A stretch of DNA of 64,000 bases, taken from positions 24,051 through 88,050 of the forward strand of contig CAJWLU010000013.1 of the NCBI GenBank assembly GCA_913043225.1. Direction: 5' to 3'. The stretch's first letter is position 1. Each line of letters starts with the position of its first letter. The stretch comes from an uncultured Acidobacteriota bacterium (GTDB lineage: Bacteria > Acidobacteriota > Vicinamibacteria > Vicinamibacterales > UBA8438). Of the stretch, positions 48,894-58,053 are shown one piece after another. The notes under the pieces are model-generated. The model worked only from the letters and a program-made list of their open reading frames with translations. It did not search any database and was not told the origin of the DNA. The position numbers and the translations under genes were made by a program.

Positions 48894-50072
48894 CTAACCT
48901 TCGGTAGGGGCGCTCTCCGGAGCTTGTTGTTCCGCAAACGGTAGGGTTATCAGCACAAGGAATAGGAGGAGGAATTCCGAGTCGCCGAAGTTGTACTCGG
49001 TCAGGCCACCCGCGAGCATGCCCGCCACCGCGGCCAGACCTGCGGCCGAGAGCGCCAGATTTTGGGCGCTGCGGAGATTGTTCCAGAGTCGGTGCACGGC
49101 GACGGTTAAGAAGGCGAGCCAGATCGCCAGTGCTGGCAGGCCGCGCTCAGCTGCAATCTGTAGTGGAACGTTGTGCAGGTGGGGGTTTTCTGCCTGTACA
49201 GCGCCGGCATCGCGATAGTCGGGATACACCTCCTTCACCATGTCCGGTCCTACCCCTGTCAGCGGGTAGTCGGCGATGATCGCTGCCCCTGCCCGCTGCA
49301 TGGCGAAGCGATCACGCACCGTCGGGTCGTCCAGGTCGAAGGTCGAGTAAATGCGGGACGTGACCTGGGGGGGAGCGAAGGCGAGAAACAGCGCACCCAA
49401 GACCGGCAGGAATACCAGGAGGCGGAGGTCCTTCAACAGGAAGAGTACGCCGAGCGCCGCCGCCGCGCCGACCATGTAACTCCGGGTCAACGTGAGCGCC
49501 AGGGCGACGAGAAGTGCAGGCATGACGAGACCGGACCAGACGCGTTCGCCGCGGTCATACAGCACCCGGGCGCCGGCCAGGGCCACCACGAGGACGAGTA
49601 GCCCCGAATAGGTCATGTAGTGCCCCATCGTGCCGCTCGGGCGCTGGCCGAGGTTATCGAACTCGAGGATGCCGAACTGCACCACTCCGAACACGGCACT
49701 CGCCCCTCCGACCGTGACGATGATCGTGGCTACTGTCTGCGCTCGAACCCCACGTGCCAGTCGGTACACGACGGGCACGACCAGGAACAGCAGTACCTCC
49801 CGTGAGTCGATCAGGCTGCTTAGCGGGTCGAGTGAGAAGGCGACCGAGACTAGGGTGACGAAGGCATAGAGGCCGAGCGGGAGGAAGAAGGCGGGTGCCG
49901 AAGGGTGCTCCCGACGGCTCACGAGCAGCGCCGCCCACAGACCGAGCGTTGTCGTGAGCAGGATCCCGGAGGCGGCAATCGAGATTTGGAGCACCGCGAC
50001 GAGACCCAACAGCGAACAAAGCGCTGCGACCTCGAGCCGCGAGGCGTTCTGAGTTCCTGGTAGGGAGATCAT
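48894..50072 (-). CDS. O-antigen ligase family protein
   Basis: LTRS, PLTGVG, HLHNVPLQIAAERG, EYNFGDSE; many TM segments. Confidence 0.8.
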   Translation of the reverse strand: MISLPGTQNASRLEVAALCSLLGLVAVLQISIAASGILLTTTLGLWAALLVSRREHPSAPAFFLPLGLYAFVTLVSVAFSLDPLSSLIDSREVLLFLVVPVVYRLARGVRAQTVATIIVTVGGASAVFGVVQFGILEFDNLGQRPSGTMGHYMTYSGLLVLVVALAGARVLYDRGERVWSGLVMPALLVALALTLTRSYMVGAAAALGVLFLLKDLRLLVFLPVLGALFLAFAPPQVTSRIYSTFDLDDPTVRDRFAMQRAGAAIIADYPLTGVGPDMVKEVYPDYRDAGAVQAENPHLHNVPLQIAAERGLPALAIWLAFLTVAVHRLWNNLRSAQNLALSAAGLAAVAGMLAGGLTEYNFGDSEFLLLFLVLITLPFAEQQAPESAPTEG

Positions 50073-50109
50073 GGCCGTGTCGTGGTCACGATCGAATCGG
50101 TGACGGTTG

Positions 50110-50292
50110 TCAATCGGCGTCGCCCGCCTCGATGGTGGCTTCATCGACCAGCATGACCGGGATGTCATCCTTGATCGGATACACCCGGTGACACTGCTGA
50201 CACTTGAGGCCGGTCTCGTCTCTGACGAGGACCAACTTTCCCTGGCATTTTGGACAGACGAGAATGTCGAGCAGCTCAGGGTCTAGCGTCAT
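50110..50292 (-). CDS. Trm112/YcaR family protein
   Basis: LLDILVCPKC...C..C.RVYPIKDDIPVML. Confidence 0.9.
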   Translation of the reverse strand: MTLDPELLDILVCPKCQGKLVLVRDETGLKCQQCHRVYPIKDDIPVMLVDEATIEAGDAD

Positions 50293-50412
50293 CGGATGCG
50301 GGTCTCCAGACAGCCGCCACGCACTATACCAGACCCCGCTCGCATCGTCGTTGTGTGGCCAGCCTCGGAACTGGTTGTCCGGATTTGGGGTCCTGTGGAA
50401 CAATCAGCCGTT

Positions 50413-52266
50413 ATGCGGCTTCTTGTCTGCCTGCTGTGTGCTGGGACTATCGGTGCGGCCGGAGCTCCCGCCTTTGGCCAGAACACAGGGTTGGATGGCG
50501 GCCCGGACCTTGAGGCGCGCGCTGCTGCGTATCACGCCTTCATCCTCGGCCGGTCGCTCGAAGGCGCCGGCGATGTCGACGGGGCCGTCGACGCCTATCG
50601 TCGGGCGTCCGAGCTCGACCCGGAGGCCTCGGACATCTGGGCGGAGCTGGCCGGTCTGTATGCGCGGCGGAATCAGGCCGAGGAGGCGCTGACCGCCGGA
50701 GCCGAAGCGCTCCGCCGTGACGCCGACAACGCCGAGGCGCATCGTATCCTCGGGCTGGTCTACGCGGCACGGGCCGGCGCGCGCGGCGGCGGCTCGCGCG
50801 AGGATGTCGAGCTGGCACTGGATCACCTGCAAAGCGCTAGAAACCCCGAAGCGCCCGATGCTGGCCTCTACCTGACCCTTGGGCGTTTACTGCTGTCGAC
50901 CGGTGAGGTCGACGAGGCGATCGTGGTGTTGAGTGAGGTGCTCGCCGTTGAGCCCCAGTTCGCCGAGGCGATCGTTATGCTGGCCCAGGCCTACGAATCG
51001 AAAGGCGAGTGGGAGGCCGCGGCTGCTGCCTACGAGCGGGCCGTGCTGTATAGCCCACGCCGGGCGCGGTATCGACGCCAACTGGCGGGGTTGCTGCTTA
51101 ACGCGGGCGAGGTGGACCGCGCGCGTGAGGTGCTCAGGGACCTCGTTGAGGTCAACCCGGATGACGCCGCGGGCTGGCTCTCCCTGTCCGAGGTAGAGTT
51201 CGAACTTACCAACTACCCGGCGGCCGAAGCGGCAGCGAACCGTGTCGTCGCGCTCGAGCCGGAAGCGTTACGCGGGCCCTTCATGTTGTCGCGAGTTTTT
51301 GCCGCCGAGCGTCGCTATCAGGACATGGTGGACATCCTCGAGCCCGCGATTGGTCGGGCCAGGGACGCCAACGTCCGCCCCGCAGAGATCGCCAATCTTC
51401 TGCAGCGGTTGGCCGCGGCCCATGATCGGCTGGGCGCCCGGGAAGCGGCCATCGCCACGCTTATTGAGGCGGTGGCGCTGGCTCCCGGTGACCTAGGTGT
51501 GCAGGCGCAGCTCGTGCAGCTGTACATCGACGGCGAGCGCTATGACGATGCGGTAGGCGTTATCCGGCGGGCGCAGGTAGCCCGGCCTGACAACCTCGCG
51601 CTGATGCGCCTCGAGGCTCAGGCGCTGATGGCTCGAGGTGATCCCGACGAAGCGGTCGAGGTGCTGGAGCGGGCGCTCGAGCGTCACCGAGATGATCCGA
51701 TCGCGCACGTGTCGCTCGCGAGTCAGTACAGCGAGAACGACCGGGTCGAAGACGCCGTGCGCGTGTTGGCGGAGGCCGAAGTGCAGTTTCCCGCGAACAA
51801 CGTGATCGTGTTTCAGCTTGGGGCCGTGTTCGAACGAGGGGCGCGCTACGGCGAGGCGGAGCGCGCGTTCCGTCGGGTCCTCGAGCGCGATCCGGGCGAC
51901 GCGCCGACCCTGAACTACCTCGGCTACATGCTCGCGGACCGAGGTGAACGGCTCGACGAGTCCGTGGAGCTCATTCAGCGCGCGCTGCGGATCGACCCGA
52001 ACAACGGCTCGTACCTCGATAGCCTCGGGTGGGCCTACTTCAAGCAGAACCGGTTCGAGCTAGCCGAGGCGCCCCTCCGGCAGGCGGGTAACCAGCTACA
52101 GAACAACTCCGTTGTCCAGGACCATCTTGGCGACCTGATGTTCCAGCTCGAGCGCTACGACGAGGCGGTCGACGCCTGGGAGCGGGCGCTGGCCGGCGAC
52201 CGAGATGGCGTCGATCTCACCGCTATTGAGGACAAGCTCCGCGACGCCAGACGTCTGGCGCGCTGA
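50413..52266 (+). CDS. Exported tetratricopeptide-repeat protein
   Basis: Signal peptide, many TPR repeats, LNYLGYML and YLDSLGWAYFK; usual context upstream of lolB-ispE. Confidence 0.85.
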   Translation: MRLLVCLLCAGTIGAAGAPAFGQNTGLDGGPDLEARAAAYHAFILGRSLEGAGDVDGAVDAYRRASELDPEASDIWAELAGLYARRNQAEEALTAGAEALRRDADNAEAHRILGLVYAARAGARGGGSREDVELALDHLQSARNPEAPDAGLYLTLGRLLLSTGEVDEAIVVLSEVLAVEPQFAEAIVMLAQAYESKGEWEAAAAAYERAVLYSPRRARYRRQLAGLLLNAGEVDRAREVLRDLVEVNPDDAAGWLSLSEVEFELTNYPAAEAAANRVVALEPEALRGPFMLSRVFAAERRYQDMVDILEPAIGRARDANVRPAEIANLLQRLAAAHDRLGAREAAIATLIEAVALAPGDLGVQAQLVQLYIDGERYDDAVGVIRRAQVARPDNLALMRLEAQALMARGDPDEAVEVLERALERHRDDPIAHVSLASQYSENDRVEDAVRVLAEAEVQFPANNVIVFQLGAVFERGARYGEAERAFRRVLERDPGDAPTLNYLGYMLADRGERLDESVELIQRALRIDPNNGSYLDSLGWAYFKQNRFELAEAPLRQAGNQLQNNSVVQDHLGDLMFQLERYDEAVDAWERALAGDRDGVDLTAIEDKLRDARRLAR

Positions 52267-53093
52267 TGCTGCGGGCCGCGTATCTCGTCTTCCTCACTCT
52301 CAGCCTGGCCGGGTGCGCCACCAGGGCCCAGCTGGCACTGCCCTCCGGAACCGGACTCCCGCTTCCTGACTACGCGGATCGGTTTGCCGCGGCGTCGGCC
52401 TCTTGCCAGACGGTTCGTACCTACGAGGCGCTCATCCGGCTGCGCGGTCGGGGCGGGGGTGTCGACCTGGGGGGACGCATTCGTGCCGGTCTCGCGGCGC
52501 CCGGTGCCATGCGTCTGGAGATGCTGAACCCGATGGGCTTTGGCGCGCCCAGCTTCTACTTTGTGGCCCGTCCTGACGATGCCGTGCTGTGGCTCACCCG
52601 GGAAGCGCAGGTGCTACAAAGGGTACCGCCGGCCGAGATCTTCGCCAGTCTTACCGGGGTTCGGCTTGCTCCAGACGACCTCCGGGCCGTGCTGACCGGC
52701 TGCCTCGTTTCGGATGCCACCCCTCTTGGCGGACGCGATCATGGCGAATGGCAGGCGATCGAGCTGGAAGGTGGGGCAGCCGCGTACCTGCGGCCGTCGG
52801 AGAACGGTCCGCGGCTTGAGGCCGGGATCCGTGACGGTCTGACTTTCGAGTTTTCCGATTTTCGACGCGGCCTTCCGCGGCGGGTACGGGTAGTCTCTGA
52901 CGCCAGACACGAAGACAGCGGCGAGGCCCTGACCGATCTCACCGCCACCTTGACCCAGGTGAACGTAAACGTGCCGTTCACCGACGCCGTGTTTCGACTG
53001 GATGAGCTACCAAACAACCTGATGGCTATCACCCTCAAGCAGCTACGCGGCGTTGCACCGCTCGAAGTGCCGCCTCCGTCGGACACCCGATGA
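52266..53093 (+). CDS. Lipoprotein, LolB/DUF4292-like
   Basis: Lipobox LAGC; position between the TPR gene and ispE. Confidence 0.6.
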   Translation: MLRAAYLVFLTLSLAGCATRAQLALPSGTGLPLPDYADRFAAASASCQTVRTYEALIRLRGRGGGVDLGGRIRAGLAAPGAMRLEMLNPMGFGAPSFYFVARPDDAVLWLTREAQVLQRVPPAEIFASLTGVRLAPDDLRAVLTGCLVSDATPLGGRDHGEWQAIELEGGAAAYLRPSENGPRLEAGIRDGLTFEFSDFRRGLPRRVRVVSDARHEDSGEALTDLTATLTQVNVNVPFTDAVFRLDELPNNLMAITLKQLRGVAPLEVPPPSDTR

Positions 53094-53968
53094 TGTCAGC
53101 ATCGCGTCCTTCCAGGCTCACCCTGCGTGCCCATGCCAAGATCAATCTGGATCTGCGCGTGTCTGCACCGTGGCCCGATGGTTTCCATGACGTGACCACG
53201 GTGCTCCAGTCCGTTGGTCTGTATGACACGCTGACTCTCGCTCGATCGCACGGCCCGTTCACCATCCGCTGCTCTGCCGCCGGGGTGCCGGTCGATGAAC
53301 GGAATCTGATCTGGGTTGGCGCCCGCGCCCTCTGGCGGCGGCTCGGACGGCACGGCGATCCTAACGGTGTCGACGTCCTCCTGAGAAAGCGGATTGCGAT
53401 GGAGGCGGGCCTGGGCGGGGGAACCTCCGATGCCGTGACCGCCTTACTGGGACTTTGTCGTCTATGGGACGTGGTTCCAGATGGCGGTCTGCTGCAGGAC
53501 GCGGCAGCTGAGTTAGGGGCCGACGGACCGTTCTTCTTGGTGGGTGGGACCGCGCTCGGTATTGGTCGCGGGGATCTCGTGTATCCCCTCGAGGAACTGC
53601 CGCGCAGATGGGTGGTGTTGCTCCTCCCTCGGCGCGGCGTCTCGACGGCGTCGGCGTACGGGTGGCTCGACCGCGACCGCGCGGGTCGAGGACACCAGCC
53701 CCGACGCGTTCGTTCCCCGGTGGCCGATGGTGCGCTGGACCTGGGGTCGATGGTCAACGAACTCCAGGCCCCGGTAGCTCGCCGTCGTCCTGAGATCCGG
53801 CGTGCCGTTGCGATGCTTCGTGAGCAGGATGCCGAGCGGGCGGCTATGACCGGGAGCGGCTCGGCGGTGTTCGGGTTGTTCTCCCGTCGCCACGCTGCTG
53901 ACTTGGCGGCCGCCCACGCCCGGGCCTCCGGCTGGCGGGTGGCGCTTACGAACACTGTCGGCCGGTGA
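53090..53968 (+). CDS. ispE: 4-diphosphocytidyl-2-C-methyl-D-erythritol kinase
   Basis: AKINLDL, AGLGGGTSDA, LGAD.PFF, MTGSGS. Confidence 0.92.
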   Translation: MMSASRPSRLTLRAHAKINLDLRVSAPWPDGFHDVTTVLQSVGLYDTLTLARSHGPFTIRCSAAGVPVDERNLIWVGARALWRRLGRHGDPNGVDVLLRKRIAMEAGLGGGTSDAVTALLGLCRLWDVVPDGGLLQDAAAELGADGPFFLVGGTALGIGRGDLVYPLEELPRRWVVLLLPRRGVSTASAYGWLDRDRAGRGHQPRRVRSPVADGALDLGSMVNELQAPVARRRPEIRRAVAMLREQDAERAAMTGSGSAVFGLFSRRHAADLAAAHARASGWRVALTNTVGR

Positions 53969-54014
53969 GCGCCATACGGCGCGGCGGCCTGAGGCGCGCG
54001 CTCTCTCTCTCTGC

Positions 54015-54043
54015 TTGCCCGCATACGCGCGTCGCGGTAGAGT
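54015..54043 (+). promoter_or_regulatory. Putative promoter for tRNA-Gln/prs
   Basis: TTGCCC-N17-TAGAGT. Confidence 0.45.
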
Positions 54044-54133
54044 ACGCGATTGCGCGGGTGCGGTAACACCCGCCGTGGCCGGCTGCGACGGGACAAGGGC
54101 GGCCGACAAACGCCGGTGCGGCCGCGCGATGGA

Positions 54134-54207
54134 TGGGGCGTGGCCAAGTGGTAAGGCACGGGACTTTGGCTCCCGGACCGAAGGTTCGAATCCTTCCGCC
54201 CCAGCCA
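54134..54207 (+). tRNA. tRNA-Gln (UUG)
   Basis: TGGGGCG/CGCCCCA acceptor stem, CGGGA-CTTTGGC-TCCCG anticodon arm, GGTTCGAATCC T-arm, encoded CCA. Confidence 0.96.
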
Positions 54208-54265
54208 CTTTCGGCGGTCCGGCAGGGGCCGTGCGGGCGCAACAGACGAACTCACGCTGAAAGCG

Positions 54266-55210
54266 ATGCAGAACGGGCAGCTTAAGCTTTTTTCCGGAAG
54301 TGCGCACCCGGACCTGGCGGCCGAGATAGCGGACTATCTGGGCGTCGCGCTCGGGCGATCGAATCTCCGGCGGTTCTCGGACACCGAGGTGTCATTCCAG
54401 ATCGACGAGAACATCCGCGGGACGGACGTCTTCATTCTCCAGCCTACCTGCACTCCGGTGGATCTGCATCTGGTAGAGCTTTGCGTCATGATCGATGCGT
54501 TCCGCCGATCGTCGGCGGCGCGGATCACCGCCGTTATGCCCTACTACGGGTATGCTCGGCAGGACCGCAAGGACAAGCCGAGGGTGCCGATCTCGGCCAA
54601 GCTCGTGGCCAATCTTCTGAGTGCGGCTGGCGCTAATCGAATTCTCACCATGGACCTGCACAAGGCGCAGATCCAGGCCTTCTTCGACATCCCGGTAGAC
54701 CATCTGTTTGCGGCTCCGGTCTTTATCAGTTTCCTCTCGCAGGCGCAGGACAAAGGGATCACCATCGTGTCGCCCGATGCTGGCGGGGTGGAACGTGCCC
54801 GGGCGTACGCGAAGCGGCTCGGAGCCGATCTCGCCATCATCGACAAGCGGCGTTCCCAGGATGGCACCGCCGAGGTGATGCACGTTGTGGGCGAAGTCAA
54901 GGATCGAGTCTGCATCATCCAGGACGACATCGTGGATACTGCCGGGACGCTGACCCAGAGCGCAGCCGCGCTCCGCGCTAACGGGGCGGCTCGGGTGCTG
55001 GCGTGTGCCGTCCACGGCGTGCTCTCTGGGCCGGCCCTCGAGCGTATCGCCGGATCTGAGCTCGAGAAGCTGGTTGTGACTAACACCATTCCCCCGAAGC
55101 CTGAGTTCGTGGCGACCAAGCGGGTTGAGGTGCTGTCGGTTGCGCCACTGCTGGGCAAAGCGATCCAGAGCATTCACCAGGAGACCTCGGTGTCTTCGCT
55201 GTTCGTGTAG
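54266..55210 (+). CDS. prs: Ribose-phosphate pyrophosphokinase
   Basis: PYYGYARQDRK, VSPDAGGVERA, DDIVDTAGT. Confidence 0.96.
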   Translation: MQNGQLKLFSGSAHPDLAAEIADYLGVALGRSNLRRFSDTEVSFQIDENIRGTDVFILQPTCTPVDLHLVELCVMIDAFRRSSAARITAVMPYYGYARQDRKDKPRVPISAKLVANLLSAAGANRILTMDLHKAQIQAFFDIPVDHLFAAPVFISFLSQAQDKGITIVSPDAGGVERARAYAKRLGADLAIIDKRRSQDGTAEVMHVVGEVKDRVCIIQDDIVDTAGTLTQSAAALRANGAARVLACAVHGVLSGPALERIAGSELEKLVVTNTIPPKPEFVATKRVEVLSVAPLLGKAIQSIHQETSVSSLFV

Positions 55211-55245
55211 CGACACCGATTTCCGCCCTTTACACGAGTCTTGTT

Positions 55246-55923
55246 ATGGCAACCACACTAGCGAGCGAAGCGCGGTCAGACCGCGGAAAGAACGTGGCCC
55301 GTCGTCTCCGTCGCAGCGGCCGGCTTCCGGCCGTCGTCTACGGCGGAGATGCCGAGGCGGCGACGGCCATCAGCGTTGACCCCGAGGCGTTGATGCGGAT
55401 CCTGCAATCCGACACTGGGGTCAATACTCTGATCGGCCTGCAGGTCGATGCGGGTGACTCCACCCAGGTCCTGATCAAGGACTTTCAGGTGAACCCGCTC
55501 GATCACCAGCTGTTGCATGTCGACTTCTATCAGGTCTCGCTCGACCAAGTCATCACCGTGGCGGTGCCGATCGTGCTGCACGGTGAGGCCCAAGGCGTCA
55601 AGCTACAGGGTGGCATTATTGACTTCATCCAGCGCGAGATTTCTATCGAGTGTCTGCCGACCGAGATTCCAGAGCACCTCGACGTAGACGTCTCCGAGCT
55701 CATGATCGGACAGGGCGTTCGGCTCAGAGACCTGCTTGAGGGGGTGTCGTGGAAGCCGGTGACCGATGCCGACACCTTGCTCGTACACGTCGTTGCCCCG
55801 CGGATCGAGGAAGAGGAGACCGCTGACGACGAGGGCGAGGGCGAGGCTCCGGCCGACGGCGAGGCTCCGGCCGACGGCGAGAAGACTGAGAAGGCTGACG
55901 ACGCCGACAAGTCGGACTCGTGA
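55246..55923 (+). CDS. rplY: 50S ribosomal protein L25/Ctc
   Basis: GKN.ARRLR..G.LPAVVYG, HVDF; Ctc-type length with an acidic tail. Confidence 0.93.
   Translation: MATTLASEARSDRGKNVARRLRRSGRLPAVVYGGDAEAATAISVDPEALMRILQSDTGVNTLIGLQVDAGDSTQVLIKDFQVNPLDHQLLHVDFYQVSLDQVITVAVPIVLHGEAQGVKLQGGIIDFIQREISIECLPTEIPEHLDVDVSELMIGQGVRLRDLLEGVSWKPVTDADTLLVHVVAPRIEEEETADDEGEGEAPADGEAPADGEKTEKADDADKSDS
55840..55881 (+). repeat. 18-bp tandem repeat (GEAPAD x2) in the L25 tail
   Basis: GGCGAGGCTCCGGCCGAC occurs twice exactly, followed by GGCGAG. Confidence 0.85.
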
Positions 55924-56528
55924 AGTTGATCGTCGGGCTGGGCAATCCGGGGGCAGAGTACGACGGCACCCGGCACAATGTCGGGTTCGACGTTGTGGAC
56001 GCGGTCGCCCGCCGCTGGCGTGTCGACTTTGAGTCGGCGCCCGTCGACGCGCTGGTCGCGCGTACCTACCCGGCCGGTGAGGGCGAAATCGTGCTCCTGG
56101 CCAAACCGCTGACCTTCATGAACCTAAGTGGGCATGCGGTTGGGGCCCTGCTCCACTACTACCGGATTGCGACCCCGGATCTGCTCGTCGTGACCGAGGA
56201 CGTGAATCTGCCCTTGGGGCGGCTTCGAGCCCGTCGCCAGGGGTCGTCTGGGGGGCACAACGGTCTCGCTTCGGTCATCGAGGTCGTCGGCACTCACCGA
56301 TTCTCGAGGTTCCGCGTCGGCGTGGGTCGAGGCGACCCGCACAGGCGTCTATCAGGGCGAGTCCTGTCGCGGTTCGACGCAAACGAGAGGCCGGTCATCG
56401 ATGATGCCATCGGCCGTGTCGTCGACGCCGTCGGGCTGTTCGTCGAGGAGGGGATCGAGCCGGTCATGAACCGGTTCAACCGTCGTGAGGGGGAGGAGGG
56501 CCCTGAGGACGAGACAGCGCCGTCTTGA
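55920..56528 (+). CDS. pth: Peptidyl-tRNA hydrolase
   Basis: GLGNPG.EY..TRHNVGF, KPLTFMNLSG, GGHNGL. Confidence 0.95.
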   Translation: MKLIVGLGNPGAEYDGTRHNVGFDVVDAVARRWRVDFESAPVDALVARTYPAGEGEIVLLAKPLTFMNLSGHAVGALLHYYRIATPDLLVVTEDVNLPLGRLRARRQGSSGGHNGLASVIEVVGTHRFSRFRVGVGRGDPHRRLSGRVLSRFDANERPVIDDAIGRVVDAVGLFVEEGIEPVMNRFNRREGEEGPEDETAPS

Positions 56529-56593
56529 CCGGCACCGAGCGGGTTCGATACCCTCGTAGGGCTCAAGTGGCGTCTTTGGGCGCCGTCTTTCAG

Positions 56594-56631
56594 CTCCTTG
56601 CCACTTTGGTGGCCGTCAGTCCAGAAGGAGG
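56594..56631 (+). promoter_or_regulatory. S6:S18 ribosomal-protein leader
   Basis: CTCCTT pairs with the SD AAGGAG; inner hairpin GCCAC-TTTG-GTGGC with adjacent CCG; directly before rpsF. Confidence 0.65.
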
Positions 56632-56634
56632 CAT

Positions 56635-57186
56635 ATGCCAAGCGAACGTCAGTACGAACTTGTCTACATCGTGGCCCCTACCGCCACCGATGCCGAGGTG
56701 GAGTCTCTTCAGCAGGAGTTCGACGAGCTGATCGAGAAGCTCGGCGGCGGGGTCGAGGAAACCGACGTCTGGGGCCGTCGGAAGCTCGCCTATGAAATCG
56801 GCCACTTCAACGAAGGGATCTACATCGTCCAGCTGGTCAACGGTCCGGCAGAAATGGTGTCGGAGTTGGGCCGGCGTCTGCGAGTACGCGACCAGGTGTT
56901 GCGCTATATGACCGTGCGGGTCGATGAGGATCTTCGTAAGTCGCGCCGTGCCACCGAGCGTCGGAAGGCTACCGTGGCTCGACGTCGCGAGGCGAGGGGC
57001 CTGCCGCCAGTCGTCGAGGTGAAGGACGAGTCCGAAAGCGCAGCGCCTGTGCCTGAGGTTCCAGCTTCGGAGCCCGCGCCAGAGCCCACGCCCGCCACCG
57101 AGGCCGCTCCAGTGGAGCCATCGGACGACGGGGTTGGTAGCGAGGAATCCGAGAAGGACCCGGAGGTGAGCAATGAGGAAGAGTGA
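56635..57186 (+). CDS. rpsF: 30S ribosomal protein S6 with long C-terminal extension
   Basis: [24 protein letters not shown]. Confidence 0.93.
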   Translation: MPSERQYELVYIVAPTATDAEVESLQQEFDELIEKLGGGVEETDVWGRRKLAYEIGHFNEGIYIVQLVNGPAEMVSELGRRLRVRDQVLRYMTVRVDEDLRKSRRATERRKATVARRREARGLPPVVEVKDESESAAPVPEVPASEPAPEPTPATEAAPVEPSDDGVGSEESEKDPEVSNEEE

Positions 57187-57445
57187 TCGCGGTGCGGACC
57201 GGAAGCCACGCAGTGACCGCCCCAAGCGGGGGATGTTTCGGCGCAAGCGGGTCTGTCGCTTCTGCGTCGACAAGGTCGACTACATCGACTACAAGGACGT
57301 CCGCATGCTGATCTCAAGCATTCCCGAGCGGGGTAAGATCCAGCCCCGTCGTTTGTCGGGCACCTGTGCAAAACATCAGCGCAAGCTGCAAACGGCCATC
57401 AAGCGCGCCCGGCAGATTGCCTTGATCCCGTATGCGACCGATTAG
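57173..57445 (+). CDS. rpsR: 30S ribosomal protein S18 (Zn-binding type)
   Basis: CRFC, IDYKD, ERGKI.PRR.SG.CAKHQR, AIKRAR. Confidence 0.96.
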   Translation: MRKSDRGADRKPRSDRPKRGMFRRKRVCRFCVDKVDYIDYKDVRMLISSIPERGKIQPRRLSGTCAKHQRKLQTAIKRARQIALIPYATD

Positions 57446-57459
57446 CGGGGTAGAAGACG

Positions 57460-57990
57460 ATGTCTGTCGAGGTCATTCTGAGAGAGCCGATCGAGAACCT
57501 CGGTCGGCGAGGCGACGTGGTGAAAGTCGCCAACGGGTACGCTCGAAACTACCTCCTGCCCCGCAAGCTTGCCTTGCCGGTGACCGAATCGAATCGGCGT
57601 CAGGTCGATCGGGAGCGGGTGGTGGCCGACGCGCGTGACACGGCCGAGAAAGAGGCCGCCGAGGCGTACGCGAAGCGTCTCGAGCAGGTCACCGTGGTGG
57701 TGGTTCGGCGAGTCGGCCAGAACGACACGCTATATGGTTCGGTAACGAACGCGGACGTGGCCGCCGCGCTGGCCGAGCAAGGCTTCGACGTCGACCGGCG
57801 GAAGATCCTGATCGCCGAGCCGCTGAAGCAACTCGGGTCACACCCGGTGACGGTCAAGGTGCATCGCGAGGTTAGGACCGACATCATTGTGCGGATTGCC
57901 AAGGAAGGCGCCGAGGACGAAGCGTCCGGGGGCGAAGCGGCGACCGAGGGCGCTCCGGCCGAGAGCGACGACGCTGCCGACTCCGAGTAG
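57460..57990 (+). CDS. rplI: 50S ribosomal protein L9
   Basis: LG..GDVVKVANGYARNYLLP, LYGSVT. Confidence 0.96.
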   Translation: MSVEVILREPIENLGRRGDVVKVANGYARNYLLPRKLALPVTESNRRQVDRERVVADARDTAEKEAAEAYAKRLEQVTVVVVRRVGQNDTLYGSVTNADVAAALAEQGFDVDRRKILIAEPLKQLGSHPVTVKVHREVRTDIIVRIAKEGAEDEASGGEAATEGAPAESDDAADSE

Positions 57991-58053
57991 GGGTAGGATC
58001 GGCCTGAAGGGCATGGTGGGTGCGACCCGCTAGCCTAATTGTTCTCCGGTACC

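Noticed and set aside
54001..54012. (CT)6 microsatellite upstream of the tRNA-Gln promoter
   Set aside because: Short, single occurrence, outside the -35/-10 spacer; no evidence of function.
54134..54265. tRNA-Gln as an integration site for a mobile element
   Set aside because: No integrase or duplicated tRNA 3' end is seen; ispE-tRNA-Gln-prs is the normal conserved order.
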